A stretch of 59,717 bases of DNA from a virus (taxonomy: Duplodnaviria > Caudoviricetes), in IMG/VR virus record IMGVR_UViG_3300024331_000182, positions 1-59,717 of that record; one strand, given 5' to 3'. The notes under the pieces were generated by a model. The model did not search any database. It saw only the letters and a list, made by a program, of their open reading frames with translations, and was not told where the DNA came from. Positions within the stretch are counted from its first letter, which is position 1. Every line of letters starts with the position of its first letter. Made by a program: the position numbers and the translations under genes. Below, piece after piece: positions 9,058 through 18,504 of the stretch.

Positions 9058-9378
9058 CTAACCTCGTCCAGGGCGCTTGCCGACGTAGAGATGGTGCTTC
9101 TCCTGGAGATGGCGGACGGTGATCTGCTTGCGCTGCACGTCCGGATGGTGCTTCCAGCACAGGTGCCGGACCACGCCGTTGTCTTCGAACCGGTGGCGGC
9201 CGAACCGCAGGCAATGCTCCACCTGGCAGTTGTTCCGTTTCCACTGCACGTACGGCGCAACCAGGATGGCAGCCAGCAGCGTGATGTCACCGACGAACCC
9301 GGACCAGAATAGGTACCACTCACCGGAGGCGTTATCGAGACCCAGGATGTGGAGGAGCTGGAGCCAGAGGTGGTGCAC
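9058..9378 (-). CDS. Small membrane protein with Cys/His C-terminus
   Basis: WYLFWSGFVGDITLLAAIL, then CQVEHC...LCWKHHP; GGAG upstream. Confidence 0.55.
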   Translation of the reverse strand: MHHLWLQLLHILGLDNASGEWYLFWSGFVGDITLLAAILVAPYVQWKRNNCQVEHCLRFGRHRFEDNGVVRHLCWKHHPDVQRKQITVRHLQEKHHLYVGKRPGRG

Positions 9379-9714
9379 ACGGGCACTCCGCGATCCCTGG
9401 CCCTGAAACCGGTCTCTCCGGATCGCTGCCGGGTATCAGGATAGCGGAGGGGGAGCGCGCCTGGCCGGCTGATCGCGCTCCTGCCCGGGATGGACTGTCC
9501 GGCTCCGCTGTCCGGGCGGCGGTGACTAGTACGCCCCTCCGGCGGCCAGGATACGTTCCGGTCGACCGGAATGTTACCCGGATCTCTCGCGGTAGGGGAG
9601 GTCGTGCGGCTCGCCGTACCACATGCAGCATCCGCCGTCTTTCCGGAGCAGAGCTTCGCAGTAGCGGCAGTGCGTGTCCCAGTACCGGGTTCCGGGGTCG
9701 TCAGCCATGTCCGG

Positions 9715-10032
9715 TCACAGGTTCAGGCAGCGGACGCCGCCGGCCGAGGAGGCCACGAGAATGCGGACCAGCTCGAACGTCTCCTGCTCAGTGAACCCGT
9801 TCTCCAGCCAGGCGGCCTTCCACTGGGCGTGCACGGAAGCCATGGCCCGGATAGCCCCGTCCACGTCGGGGGTGATGCCCTGGCTCGCGCGCAGGATGGC
9901 CTCCAGACCCGGGACCTCGGCGGCCGGGATTCCCTGCCCGCCGCACTGATTGCAGAGCTGGCCGGACGGGAACTGGTTTCCGCAGTTCGAGCACAGGTCC
10001 AGATCCGGCGGGTCTGACGGCTGTTTACTCAC
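9715..10032 (-). CDS. Hypothetical protein with zinc-ribbon motif
   Basis: CSNC...CNQC; GTGA overlap with upstream stop. Confidence 0.5.
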   Translation of the reverse strand: MSKQPSDPPDLDLCSNCGNQFPSGQLCNQCGGQGIPAAEVPGLEAILRASQGITPDVDGAIRAMASVHAQWKAAWLENGFTEQETFELVRILVASSAGGVRCLNL

Positions 10033-10676
10033 CGTCGTTCTCCCCAATCGAGTAGCCAAGCCTCTTCCGGCGCACCTGGCCAGGGTAGCTCCTGCCCCCA
10101 GCTCAGCACCCCGTCCGCCGTGGCCAGGACTGCGTGGTATCCGGCGGGCACGGCCAGCCCGTACAGCAGCCCGGGAACGGCCCGGTCCGGGGACGCATAG
10201 TGGAACGAATCCAGTATGCGTCCCGCGAATCCTTCCACGGCGATGAGTTCCAGCAGTTCAGGGAGGGTGGTTTCCCCGGACGATTTCGCGTGCAGGTCCA
10301 GGATGTCGTCCAGGGTGGCGGTTACCCCGGTCCAGTACTGGAGGGAGGCGGCGACGGCCACGGCTGCGCAGACGGGCAGCGAGTGAAGCCAGGGGGCCTC
10401 CGGGACCCCGGATGGCGGGTACGGCCAGGCCGGGTTCCCGGAGAATATCAGGCTAGCAGCCTTCGGCCTCCTGGCCGTGACCGGCGACACGTACCGCACG
10501 CCGTGCTTGCGGGCAGCCTTGGCGGCGCGGGCATGCACGAGGTTGTGCCGGGACGCGGCCCGCTGCCGGGCTGACCTCGGCAGGCCCTTCGCCACGGACC
10601 GGGCCTTCTTGAGATTGGCGCGGTCGGCGGCGAGCTGCTTCGGGGTGATGTGCGAGGCTGTCGCCTGCGCGGCCAT
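10029..10676 (-). CDS. Basic N-terminus plus possible papain-fold domain
   Basis: Repeated RANLKKAR / RHNLVHAR, then VCAAVAVA...YHAVL...SWG. Confidence 0.45.
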   Translation of the reverse strand: MAAQATASHITPKQLAADRANLKKARSVAKGLPRSARQRAASRHNLVHARAAKAARKHGVRYVSPVTARRPKAASLIFSGNPAWPYPPSGVPEAPWLHSLPVCAAVAVAASLQYWTGVTATLDDILDLHAKSSGETTLPELLELIAVEGFAGRILDSFHYASPDRAVPGLLYGLAVPAGYHAVLATADGVLSWGQELPWPGAPEEAWLLDWGERR

Positions 10677-10767
10677 AACCGCCCCCGTCCCCCGCGCGAG
10701 CCCGAGCCGGCCTTCGGGATGGTCACCGGGACCAGCGCGGAGCAGTTGACCGTGGTCAGGACGTACA

Positions 10768-11721
10768 TCACACACCCACCTTCTGCTTGGGCCGGACGAA
10801 CGCGCGCAGGTTCTCCACCAGCCAGGGGTTGGACTGGATGCGGACCACGCCGATATCGCTGACGCCGGCCACGCCGAAGGGCGCGTCCTTCATCTTGAAT
10901 TCGTCGGCGGCCAGGATGCGGTTCGCCTCGGTGACCTGCCAGGGGACCGCCGTCCAGCCCCAGGTGGTGATGATCTGGACCCGGTTGAGCGGCGAGAACG
11001 GCCAGAGAAACGGGAGCGTCCTCCCGGACGTGATCACCCGCAGCTTCTCGTACGGCCGGATCACCCCGGTAGTGGAGGTGTTGAACCGGTGCTTCCCCCG
11101 GTAGAGCTGGTAATCGACGTCCTTGACCCAGGCCTGCTCGTAGATCCCGTCGCCGTCATAGTCGACGTTGACCGCGATCGTGGTGCCCGGCACGATGTCA
11201 TCCACGGTCAGGTCATAAATGCCCTCTTCCGGGACGAACGTGCGCGTCTCGGTGACCCGGTTAAAATGCCTGCCGCAGTATTCATTCAGCCACCCTGCCG
11301 AGGCGGCGATCGAGGTCTGGAGTTCGTAGTCCTGGCTGGTGTCTGTCAGGGAGATCCCGAGCCGGCCCTTCATCTCCTCCAGGCCCACGTACCAGACCTG
11401 GGAGATATTGGCCGGGAGGACACGCCAGGTGACCGGCTGGACATCGGAGACGGCCCCGGTTCCGATCCACTCCCCGCCCCACAGGCCCAGCGCCGCTGCC
11501 TGGGCCGCCGAGCACGGCACGGCCAGGGTGTACTTCCCGGTGCTGACCTTGGCGATGTCGCTGGGCGAGGCGCCGGCGAACGTGTGGGTGACCGAGGTAT
11601 TGGACGGGTCGGTGACGATGCACGAGACGGTGGTCGGGTCCGCCGGATTCCCGCCGGAGGTAAACGTGTTGGTGAGGAGAGCGACCTCGTTGGCGCTGTC
11701 GTAGAAGACGGTGGCGGTCAC
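10768..11721 (-). CDS. Head-tail connector (gp6/gp15-like) with N-terminal beta-sandwich extension
   Basis: YVGLEEMKGRLG...IAASAGWLNEYCGRHF...TWGW.AVPWQV...KDAPFGVAG; GTG 11721. Confidence 0.75.
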   Translation of the reverse strand: MTATVFYDSANEVALLTNTFTSGGNPADPTTVSCIVTDPSNTSVTHTFAGASPSDIAKVSTGKYTLAVPCSAAQAAALGLWGGEWIGTGAVSDVQPVTWRVLPANISQVWYVGLEEMKGRLGISLTDTSQDYELQTSIAASAGWLNEYCGRHFNRVTETRTFVPEEGIYDLTVDDIVPGTTIAVNVDYDGDGIYEQAWVKDVDYQLYRGKHRFNTSTTGVIRPYEKLRVITSGRTLPFLWPFSPLNRVQIITTWGWTAVPWQVTEANRILAADEFKMKDAPFGVAGVSDIGVVRIQSNPWLVENLRAFVRPKQKVGV

Positions 11722-11951
11722 GGCGCAGGCTCCGGGACCGGGAGAACCGTGCCGTCGTCCAGCACCAGGTCGAACCCCGGCTGGCCCGCTTCCTGCGCGG
11801 AGATCTGCACGTCCGCCCCGTCCAGGATGGTGACCCAGGAACCGGTTTCGCGCCGCACGTACAGATTGCCGTACAGGGCCATCTGGATGATCGCCTCGGA
11901 CAGGTAAGCGTCGTAATGAGCCGGGTTGGACGTATCGAAGGTTTTGGCCAT
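11718..11951 (-). CDS. Small protein resembling a portal-protein fragment
   Basis: GAGGAG then ATG 11951; QMALYGNLYV...ILDGADVQI. Confidence 0.5.
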   Translation of the reverse strand: MAKTFDTSNPAHYDAYLSEAIIQMALYGNLYVRRETGSWVTILDGADVQISAQEAGQPGFDLVLDDGTVLPVPEPAP

Positions 11952-12021
11952 CGGGCTCCTCGGGGCAGTGACCGGGGCGGCCCCGCACAGAGGTGGCTGG
12001 CCTGATCTCAGGATACGGCTG

Positions 12022-12282
12022 ATGGTCCAGAATGAGAGGGTGGAGAGTACCTGGTCTGGCCGGAAGCCTAACCCGAGGTTCCCGGCCTGCGCGCAGGTAG
12101 CCCGCAGGCTGCTCGCTGAGGTGTGCGGCTGCCGGCCCGGGGACCAGATCCCGCCCGAAGAGGAGCTGCTGGCCAGGGCGGAGCAGGCAGCCGCCTGGGG
12201 GCAGGACTGGCCGGCTGACGGGGCTGATGCGATGAAGGCGCGGGTCGCGCTGAACATGGTCCGGGAGATCGGCGGGCTCTGA
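12022..12282 (+). CDS. GntR-like winged-helix protein (divergent)
   Basis: AQVARRLLAEV...RPGDQIPPEEEL...ARVALNMVREIG; AGGA upstream of ATG. Confidence 0.4.
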   Translation: MVQNERVESTWSGRKPNPRFPACAQVARRLLAEVCGCRPGDQIPPEEELLARAEQAAAWGQDWPADGADAMKARVALNMVREIGGL

Positions 12283-12293
12283 CACCGGGCTGG

Positions 12294-12728
12294 TCAGGCG
12301 TAGACCGCCGCGTAGACCGCCGGGTAGACTCCGCCTCTGGTCAGGGTGACGTCATCCTCGGCCGCCCAGGTCACGGTGAGCGCCACGGCCGACCCGACGC
12401 CGCTGCCGAGCTGGTAGTCCGGCAGGACCGGGCCGGAGAAGAACGTCCCGGGGAAATCCCTGCTCGGGTAGAGGTACATGTTTCTCGGGAGTCCGTCCAC
12501 GGCTGCGGCATACGACTGGGATGAGGCGGTGTCATAGAACCCGGAGAAGCTGCCGCTCACGTTCGTTATCCCTGTGCCGTGCACGATCTGGGTGTCCGTG
12601 ATGACGGTGGCGTCGAAGATCTCCCGGGTGACGACGACCTCCCAGCCGGACAGGAAGGCTACCGGGCTGGCCGCGTCGCCGAAGTTGATGCCCAGGTAGG
12701 CGACCCCGCTGCGGCCGTGGATGCGCAT
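12294..12728 (-). CDS. Second tail-tube-like protein (paralogue of 3709..4155)
   Basis: RIHGR.GVAY, FLS.W, F.GFYDTA, DGLPRN.YLYPS and LPDY.L shared with the major tail protein; AGGAGG RBS. Confidence 0.8.
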   Translation of the reverse strand: MRIHGRSGVAYLGINFGDAASPVAFLSGWEVVVTREIFDATVITDTQIVHGTGITNVSGSFSGFYDTASSQSYAAAVDGLPRNMYLYPSRDFPGTFFSGPVLPDYQLGSGVGSAVALTVTWAAEDDVTLTRGGVYPAVYAAVYA

Positions 12729-12763
12729 GCGGTCCTCCTGCCTGGCTCAGCGGGGCCGCGCGG

Positions 12764-14995
12764 TTACGGTGTCACCGCGCCGAAGTACATGTTGGGCGTA
12801 CTGGATACGCTTCCGGCGGTCACTGTTGACGGCAGCGTCGACTGCCCGGTGACGATCCCGGTGATCCGGGGGGCGGTCGCGGCCAGCACCGTAGAGCCGT
12901 TGTAGCCGACCAGGTTCGGCATCGCCGCAGCCGAGACCACCAGGAACCCGAATGCGTACCGCTGCCCGTCGATCTTGGTGAAGGGGGTGGTGACCGCCCG
13001 GGTGTAGGCGGTGAACGTGGACGCGAATAGCGTCGTGTCGCTGGCGCACTGCCCGAGCAGGGTCAGGTTCCCGTTCGCGGCAACGGAGTAAACGCCCATC
13101 GCGCAGTAGGTGGGCGTGGCGCCGGCTGCGGTGCTGGCCGTGTTCCCGATAATGTTATTGACCGTCTCGGTCTTGACAGCGGTCCAGTACGAAAGGGCCA
13201 TCGTCTGGGAAACCAGCGCGGCGCCCGTTCCGACATTGAGCCGGGGTATGACGGTCTCGCCCGATGCCAGGTTCTGGGAATAGAGATAATCAGGCCCGTT
13301 ATCCTGCTGGAGCGCATTGCCGTACCAGGTAGCCCCGTCGTAAGTCTCCAGCACGTAGACGTCCACCGCACCCGGTGTGGGGCTCATCACCGGGGTAATG
13401 CCGCCCGGCCACACGACGGTGCAGTTCGAGATGCTCGGGCTGCCCGTATTCGGCCATGTGACGGTGAACGGGCCGCCGGAGGCTGCCTGCTTGAGGACGA
13501 TTGTCTTGCGCTGGGCGCCTGCCTGGGTCGATGCGGCGCTCGGGTTCAGGTTGACCGTGATGCTCTGCGTGAGGGTGAGGCTGAAAAAGTCCCCGTAGTT
13601 CACCTGGGTGTTGCCATTGGTGTTATTAAGCAGGCTCTTGCCGTAGATGACCGGGCCGACCACCGTGGGAGAGTAGAAGTTACCGCCGCCGCCCAGGTTC
13701 GCATCGCCCCGGATGACACCGGTAAACGTGAAAGCGCCGACGCCCCCGGCCGGAGTCCAGTTGCTGGTCGCGAATCCTATCGAACCCTGGGCGAAATCGA
13801 GGATGCCGTAGCAGCCGAGCAGCAAGTTGCCGCTCAGGTTTCCCCACACGATGGTCTGGGGGGCGTTGCTGCCGCCGCCGGTCGGGTTCAGTTCCGCCTG
13901 GACGTCCAGGTGGCAGCTAGTGATCTTGGCAGGTCCGCCTCCGTTCAGGTGCCCGACTGGTGTCGTCCCGGTGATCCGGACGACTGCGTTCGACTGCGGT
14001 GATGCGCTGCCCTGGAAGTTAGCCCGCATAGCCAGTTTGGAGTTATACAGGAACGCGCCATTCTGGATGACCAGGCCGTCCTGGCCGACACGCGACAGCA
14101 TCTCTACCTGGAAGTCGCTGTACCCGAAGCTGTTCGTGGAGGTCGCCTGGGTAACCGTCCCGTTTCCGGTGCTGGTGGAGTTGATCGCCGCGCCGCCAGA
14201 GGTCGCGGAAAGCTGGAACGTGTTACCGGAAGCGTTGACGACAAAGTAACCGGTCCCGTTAGTGAACCCAGTCGGCGGGGTCCCCCCGGAGAGCACGACC
14301 TGGATGCCGTTGGCGAACGTCGGCGAGGCACAGGTGAATACTGCGGGCGAGGCATTTGTCGCGGTGTAGGAACCCCCTGCGGGTTCGGACACGCTGAATA
14401 CCAGGTTCCTGGTCCCGTTGATGAGCCACAGGTACCCGTGGCACTCCTCCATCCAGCAGTACTGGTTGTCAAAAAGAACATTCACGGACCCCGTACCGGA
14501 GAAGTTCTGCACCGCGATACGCAGTTCGGTGGCACGCATGTCACCCATATGCAGCCCGCAGGCCCCCGCGCCCGCGCCTGACCCGTCGATCGTGAAGTCG
14601 TACAGCCCGCCACCGGTAATGAGCCCGGTCGTGTCAGTGTTGAAGACCCGGAAGGCGTCCCCGGACCCGGTGTAATTCCAGGCGGTCGCCCACCGGCCCG
14701 ATCCCCGGATGGTCACGTACTTGCCGGTGATCGTGACCGTGCTGGTGGCTTTGTAAGCACCCGGCGGAATCCAGATGGTTCCGCCGGAGGCCGGGAGGGC
14801 GTTGACGGCGGCCTGGAGCGCGGCAGCGGAATCATTTACCCCGGCCGGGTCGGCGCCGCCCGCGAACGCGGCGTTGAGGACGTTGAGCCCGGCGCCCATC
14901 GCGGTCACCGCGTCGGTCACGGCGTTCATGTCGGCGGGCGGGTTGCCGGAGCCGATCGAGCGGGTGTCCGGCGGGAGCGTGTACTGGGGAGGCAT
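12764..14995 (-). CDS. Tail fibre/spike-like protein with pectate-lyase-like beta-helix start
   Basis: GADPAGVNDSAAALQAAVNA...GGTIWIPPGAY; G/S/T/N-rich beta composition; GGAGG RBS. Confidence 0.7.
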   Translation of the reverse strand: MPPQYTLPPDTRSIGSGNPPADMNAVTDAVTAMGAGLNVLNAAFAGGADPAGVNDSAAALQAAVNALPASGGTIWIPPGAYKATSTVTITGKYVTIRGSGRWATAWNYTGSGDAFRVFNTDTTGLITGGGLYDFTIDGSGAGAGACGLHMGDMRATELRIAVQNFSGTGSVNVLFDNQYCWMEECHGYLWLINGTRNLVFSVSEPAGGSYTATNASPAVFTCASPTFANGIQVVLSGGTPPTGFTNGTGYFVVNASGNTFQLSATSGGAAINSTSTGNGTVTQATSTNSFGYSDFQVEMLSRVGQDGLVIQNGAFLYNSKLAMRANFQGSASPQSNAVVRITGTTPVGHLNGGGPAKITSCHLDVQAELNPTGGGSNAPQTIVWGNLSGNLLLGCYGILDFAQGSIGFATSNWTPAGGVGAFTFTGVIRGDANLGGGGNFYSPTVVGPVIYGKSLLNNTNGNTQVNYGDFFSLTLTQSITVNLNPSAASTQAGAQRKTIVLKQAASGGPFTVTWPNTGSPSISNCTVVWPGGITPVMSPTPGAVDVYVLETYDGATWYGNALQQDNGPDYLYSQNLASGETVIPRLNVGTGAALVSQTMALSYWTAVKTETVNNIIGNTASTAAGATPTYCAMGVYSVAANGNLTLLGQCASDTTLFASTFTAYTRAVTTPFTKIDGQRYAFGFLVVSAAAMPNLVGYNGSTVLAATAPRITGIVTGQSTLPSTVTAGSVSSTPNMYFGAVTP

Positions 14996-15023
14996 GCCGG
15001 CCAGGTCCTCCGGGACTGGTCCC

Positions 15024-15058
15024 GGCAGCTCCCCTGCCTGCCGTGGCCGGGCCGTGCC
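15024..15058 (-). promoter_or_regulatory. AGC/NGG leader hairpin
   Basis: GGCA CGG CCC...GGG AGC TGCC upstream of the fibre gene RBS. Confidence 0.5.
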
Positions 15059-15085
15059 TCACCAGCCAGGTTACTCTGGCGAGAG

Positions 15086-17437
15086 CTAGCTGACACCCGC
15101 CTGCGAGCCGGCTCCTGCTGTTACCGTCGCGGTACTCCCGTTCGCGGGGGAGATTACCGGCTCGGATGCCCCGGCTGCGCTGCCCGGGTAGGTGCTGCCG
15201 TATGCCGTGGTGTACGCGGTGACCTTGCCGCCTTCGGGGGATACCGTGCCGGATGTTCCCGCCAGCTCGCTGACGGCTGCCGCAGACTGCATCGGCTCGG
15301 TGACCGACCACCCGGTGCTGCCGCCCTTGACCTGGGGCGCGCGGCTCGTCCCGGACCCGGCCAGCGACCCGGTTCCGGCCAGGACGGCCATTGCTCGCTG
15401 AACAGCGGCGGCGGCCAGTGATCCGGTTCCGGCCAGGGCGGTGGCCGCCTGCTGGATCACGGTGGCGGCCAGCGATCCGGCTGCGGCCAGGGCGGCGGGC
15501 GGCTGGATCGCTGATCCGGGCGCGTTCAGTGATCCGGCGCCGCCCAGGTTGCCGGACTGCGATGGCGGGGTCGTGGTCAGCGATCCGGTTCCGGCCAGGG
15601 TGGTGGCCGCCTGCTGGATCACGGTGGCGGTCAGCGATCCGGCTGCGGCCAGGGTGGTGCCGGCCTGCTGGGTGACGGCGGCGGCCAGCGATCCGGCTGC
15701 GGCCAGGGTGGCGGGGGCGGCCAGGGTGCCGGGGGCGGCCAGCGACCCGGCACCGCCCAGGGAGCCGCCCTGGACGACACCGCCCGTGACCGACCCGGTG
15801 CCGGCCAGGGTGGCGGGCGCGGCGAGTGAGGACGAGGCTGAGAGCGACGCCTGCCCGCTCAGCGACGTAGGGGCTCCCTGAGCCGCGACCGCCGTCAGGG
15901 AGCCCGCAGCGAATAGCGTGGCGGGCGCCAGGATGGCTGCCGGGGCGGTCAGGGAACCGGCTCCGGCCAGGGTGGCGGGTGCCCGGATCGTGGCGGCCGT
16001 GGTCAGCGAGCCCTGGGCGCCGAGCGAGGTGGGCGCTCCCTGGACGGCTGGTGCCGAGACGGAGCCCTGCGCGCCCAGGGTGGTCCCGGTGGTGCCCTGG
16101 GCAGCGGCCGTGGTCAGCGATCCGCCGCCGCCGAGCGTGGTCCCGGTCGTGCCCTGGACGGCCCCGGTGGTGACCGAGCCCTGACCGCCCAGGGAGCTGC
16201 CGGCGGTCGCCGCCGTATTGACCGACCCGGCGCCGCCGAGAGTGGCCGCCCCGGCGATATTCCCCTGGGCAGACAGGGAACCGGTGCCGGACAGCGTGGC
16301 CACGGCGCCCTGCGTCGCTGCGGCGGCCAGGGACCCCATACCGCCAAGGGTGGCGCCTGCCCCCTGGATCGCGGCCGTGGCCAGGGCGCCGGCCCCGGGC
16401 AGGGTGGCGGGCGCCCCGGTGGTGTCCAGGTTTCCCAGCGATCCGGTTCCGCCGAGCGTGACGGCCGATCGCTGGGTGGCCAGCGCGGCGTCGATATTCG
16501 CGTCGCCCGTCAGGGTGGCCCCGGCCTGCTGGGCAGAGAAAGCGGCGTCGATGTTCGCGTCGCCTGCCAGGGTGGCCCCGGCCTGCTGGGTGACGAGGGC
16601 GGTGTCGACCGAGCCCGTGCCCGCCAGGGTGGCCGCACCCTGGATCGTGACCGCAGACGGCACCGCTGCCGGCAGGGCCTGCCTGTGACGGAATCTGCGC
16701 AGCCAGGTCTTCCCGGGACGGATCAGGGTAACCGGGCTGCTGGCAGCGGCGCCCAGCTTGAATGCCACGATGATCGTGGCCCAGGGCGTCGCCGTACTGA
16801 CGCCGGTTATCGCGAAGCTGGCCGTTTCCGCGCCGTTAGACGAGCTGCCGTACGCGGGCACGCAGTTGAAGACGACCGAGGCGTTGACGGCCTTGGGGTC
16901 CCGCGTATAGGTCGTGCTGCCGGTCGGGACGCCCCAGGTGAGCGTGGACGCCTCGTTGTCACCGCCGACCGCGACCAGGTACTCGCCTGCCGCCGTGGTC
17001 GAATAGGCGCCGCAGGCGACGCTGCCGTTCGAGGCAATGGACCCGGTACTGGTGACGGCGGTGCCGTCGATCATCGCGGCCAGGGTGTTCCCGGCAGCCA
17101 GCCCGGGGACTTCCTGGATGACCATGCCGAACGACTGGTTGCCGCCCGTCTGCGTTGCCGTGAGAGTCGGCTTCGTCCCGACATCCCCGCTTGGCGTGTC
17201 CATCGCCCAGACAGACAGCTCGCCGTTCGCGGCCACGTTGTTGAGAAACGCCGACCCGACCTTGGTCATGGCGTTGAGAGCGCCGTCTTTGATGGCGGTG
17301 ACCTGGGGGTTACTGCCTCCGCTCGTGCAGATGAAGGCGATCAGCTTGGTGCCGGCCTGGACGTTGGCGGTGGTGAACGAGACCGCAGCGGCACCCGGGT
17401 CCAGGGTGGCGCTGTTGGACTGGAGCGGCGTTACCAC
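15086..17437 (-). CDS. Large A/G/T/S-rich repetitive virion/fibre protein
   Basis: N-terminal beta domain followed by many approx. 19-aa ATL(A/G)G.GSL repeats. Confidence 0.7.
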   Translation of the reverse strand: MVTPLQSNSATLDPGAAAVSFTTANVQAGTKLIAFICTSGGSNPQVTAIKDGALNAMTKVGSAFLNNVAANGELSVWAMDTPSGDVGTKPTLTATQTGGNQSFGMVIQEVPGLAAGNTLAAMIDGTAVTSTGSIASNGSVACGAYSTTAAGEYLVAVGGDNEASTLTWGVPTGSTTYTRDPKAVNASVVFNCVPAYGSSSNGAETASFAITGVSTATPWATIIVAFKLGAAASSPVTLIRPGKTWLRRFRHRQALPAAVPSAVTIQGAATLAGTGSVDTALVTQQAGATLAGDANIDAAFSAQQAGATLTGDANIDAALATQRSAVTLGGTGSLGNLDTTGAPATLPGAGALATAAIQGAGATLGGMGSLAAAATQGAVATLSGTGSLSAQGNIAGAATLGGAGSVNTAATAGSSLGGQGSVTTGAVQGTTGTTLGGGGSLTTAAAQGTTGTTLGAQGSVSAPAVQGAPTSLGAQGSLTTAATIRAPATLAGAGSLTAPAAILAPATLFAAGSLTAVAAQGAPTSLSGQASLSASSSLAAPATLAGTGSVTGGVVQGGSLGGAGSLAAPGTLAAPATLAAAGSLAAAVTQQAGTTLAAAGSLTATVIQQAATTLAGTGSLTTTPPSQSGNLGGAGSLNAPGSAIQPPAALAAAGSLAATVIQQAATALAGTGSLAAAAVQRAMAVLAGTGSLAGSGTSRAPQVKGGSTGWSVTEPMQSAAAVSELAGTSGTVSPEGGKVTAYTTAYGSTYPGSAAGASEPVISPANGSTATVTAGAGSQAGVS
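15340..16640 (-). repeat. Intragenic tandem repeats encoding ATLAGxGSL units
   Basis: Recurring DNA such as gcggccagcgatccggctgcggccagggtggc; near-identical blocks around 15411-15500 and 15582-15710. Confidence 0.75.
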
Positions 17438-17465
17438 GATCGCTCACCGCCCTCCGGTCAGGCGG

Positions 17466-18047
17466 CTAGTTCAGGCCCCAGAGCATCATCTGGTCGACGG
17501 TCGTCGTGTTGGACGCCGAGCTGGCCGACCACGTGCCGAACAGCTCGATGAACAGGTCCGCCGTCGTGCTCAGGCCGGTCAGCGTGCCCCGGAACTGGGA
17601 GCTGAGGGCGCCCGCCGTGCCCGCGCCGCCGGATGCCGCGCCCGCCTGCGCCCAGGACCCGTTGACTTGCAGGCTCATCGTCGTGGTCGCGAACGCCGTG
17701 CACGTGTACCACGCCTCGAAGTGCAGGGGCGCCGTTACTGCGGCGACGGGCGCGGTCGCGGCCATGACGCCAACTGCGTTGATCTTCGTGCCCGCCGTCG
17801 TATCGAGCCCGAGGTTGACCGCGAACGTCGCCGCCGCCGTGTTGGCGATGACGCCCCAGCCCTGGAGGTACAGGGCGCGGCCGACCGGGTTGGGGTTGTC
17901 GTTCTGGAAGTAGCCCGCCGGGATCTTGCAGATGACGTTCGTGCCCGCGACGCCCGTGAACGCGGCCTCGGTGGTGTAGGTGTTCTTGGTGATGGGCGCC
18001 GGCATCACGTACAGGAGTTCGGCCTGCGTCCCGGTGAGGAAGCTCAT
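17466..18047 (-). CDS. Putative virion structural protein
   Basis: Beta-rich T/A/G composition within the fibre operon. Confidence 0.6.
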   Translation of the reverse strand: MSFLTGTQAELLYVMPAPITKNTYTTEAAFTGVAGTNVICKIPAGYFQNDNPNPVGRALYLQGWGVIANTAAATFAVNLGLDTTAGTKINAVGVMAATAPVAAVTAPLHFEAWYTCTAFATTTMSLQVNGSWAQAGAASGGAGTAGALSSQFRGTLTGLSTTADLFIELFGTWSASSASNTTTVDQMMLWGLN

Positions 18048-18062
18048 GCCCGGCCCGCCGCC

Positions 18063-18503
18063 CTAGAACCCGCCCGCGCTGATCGCGCCCGCTGCCACGG
18101 CGAACGTGTTGCCGTTCGCGACGGAGATCGGCTGGCCGTTCCAGTTCCCGTACCAGACCCGGATCGGCGCGGCGTCGGTGATCTCCAGCGAGACGATCGA
18201 CCAGGAGCCGCCCGAGCCGTTCGTCCAGGAGATCGTGCCGGCCGCGCCGGGCATGGTGACGTTCGACCCGGCCGAGCTGGACGTCGACTGGGTGGAGAAC
18301 GCGGTCCCCCCGGAGGTGTACCCGGTGCCGGTGATCTCGGTTCCCGAGGCCGACCCGGTGCTGGCCGTGGAGGTCAGCTTGAGCTTCATCGCGCCCGCGT
18401 TCAGCGCGGCGAGCTGGGAGCCGGGGACCCCGGCGGCACCGACCGGCAGGTTGGCGTTGAGCATGCCCGAGCTGCGGGTGGCGTCGATCGCGGTCTGCGC
18501 CAT
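18063..18503 (-). CDS. Small minor tail/fibre-associated protein
   Basis: TEITGTGYTSGG...ISW...ISVANGNTFAVAAGAIS pattern of actinophage minor tail proteins. Confidence 0.65.
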   Translation of the reverse strand: MAQTAIDATRSSGMLNANLPVGAAGVPGSQLAALNAGAMKLKLTSTASTGSASGTEITGTGYTSGGTAFSTQSTSSSAGSNVTMPGAAGTISWTNGSGGSWSIVSLEITDAAPIRVWYGNWNGQPISVANGNTFAVAAGAISAGGF

Positions 18504-18504
18504 G

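Noticed and set aside
9497-9525. Another AGC/NGG leader copy (CCGC...GCGG AGC CGG)
   Set aside because: The 5' side reads CCG, not NGG; similarly weak candidates near 11955-11995 and 46371-46412 were not counted.
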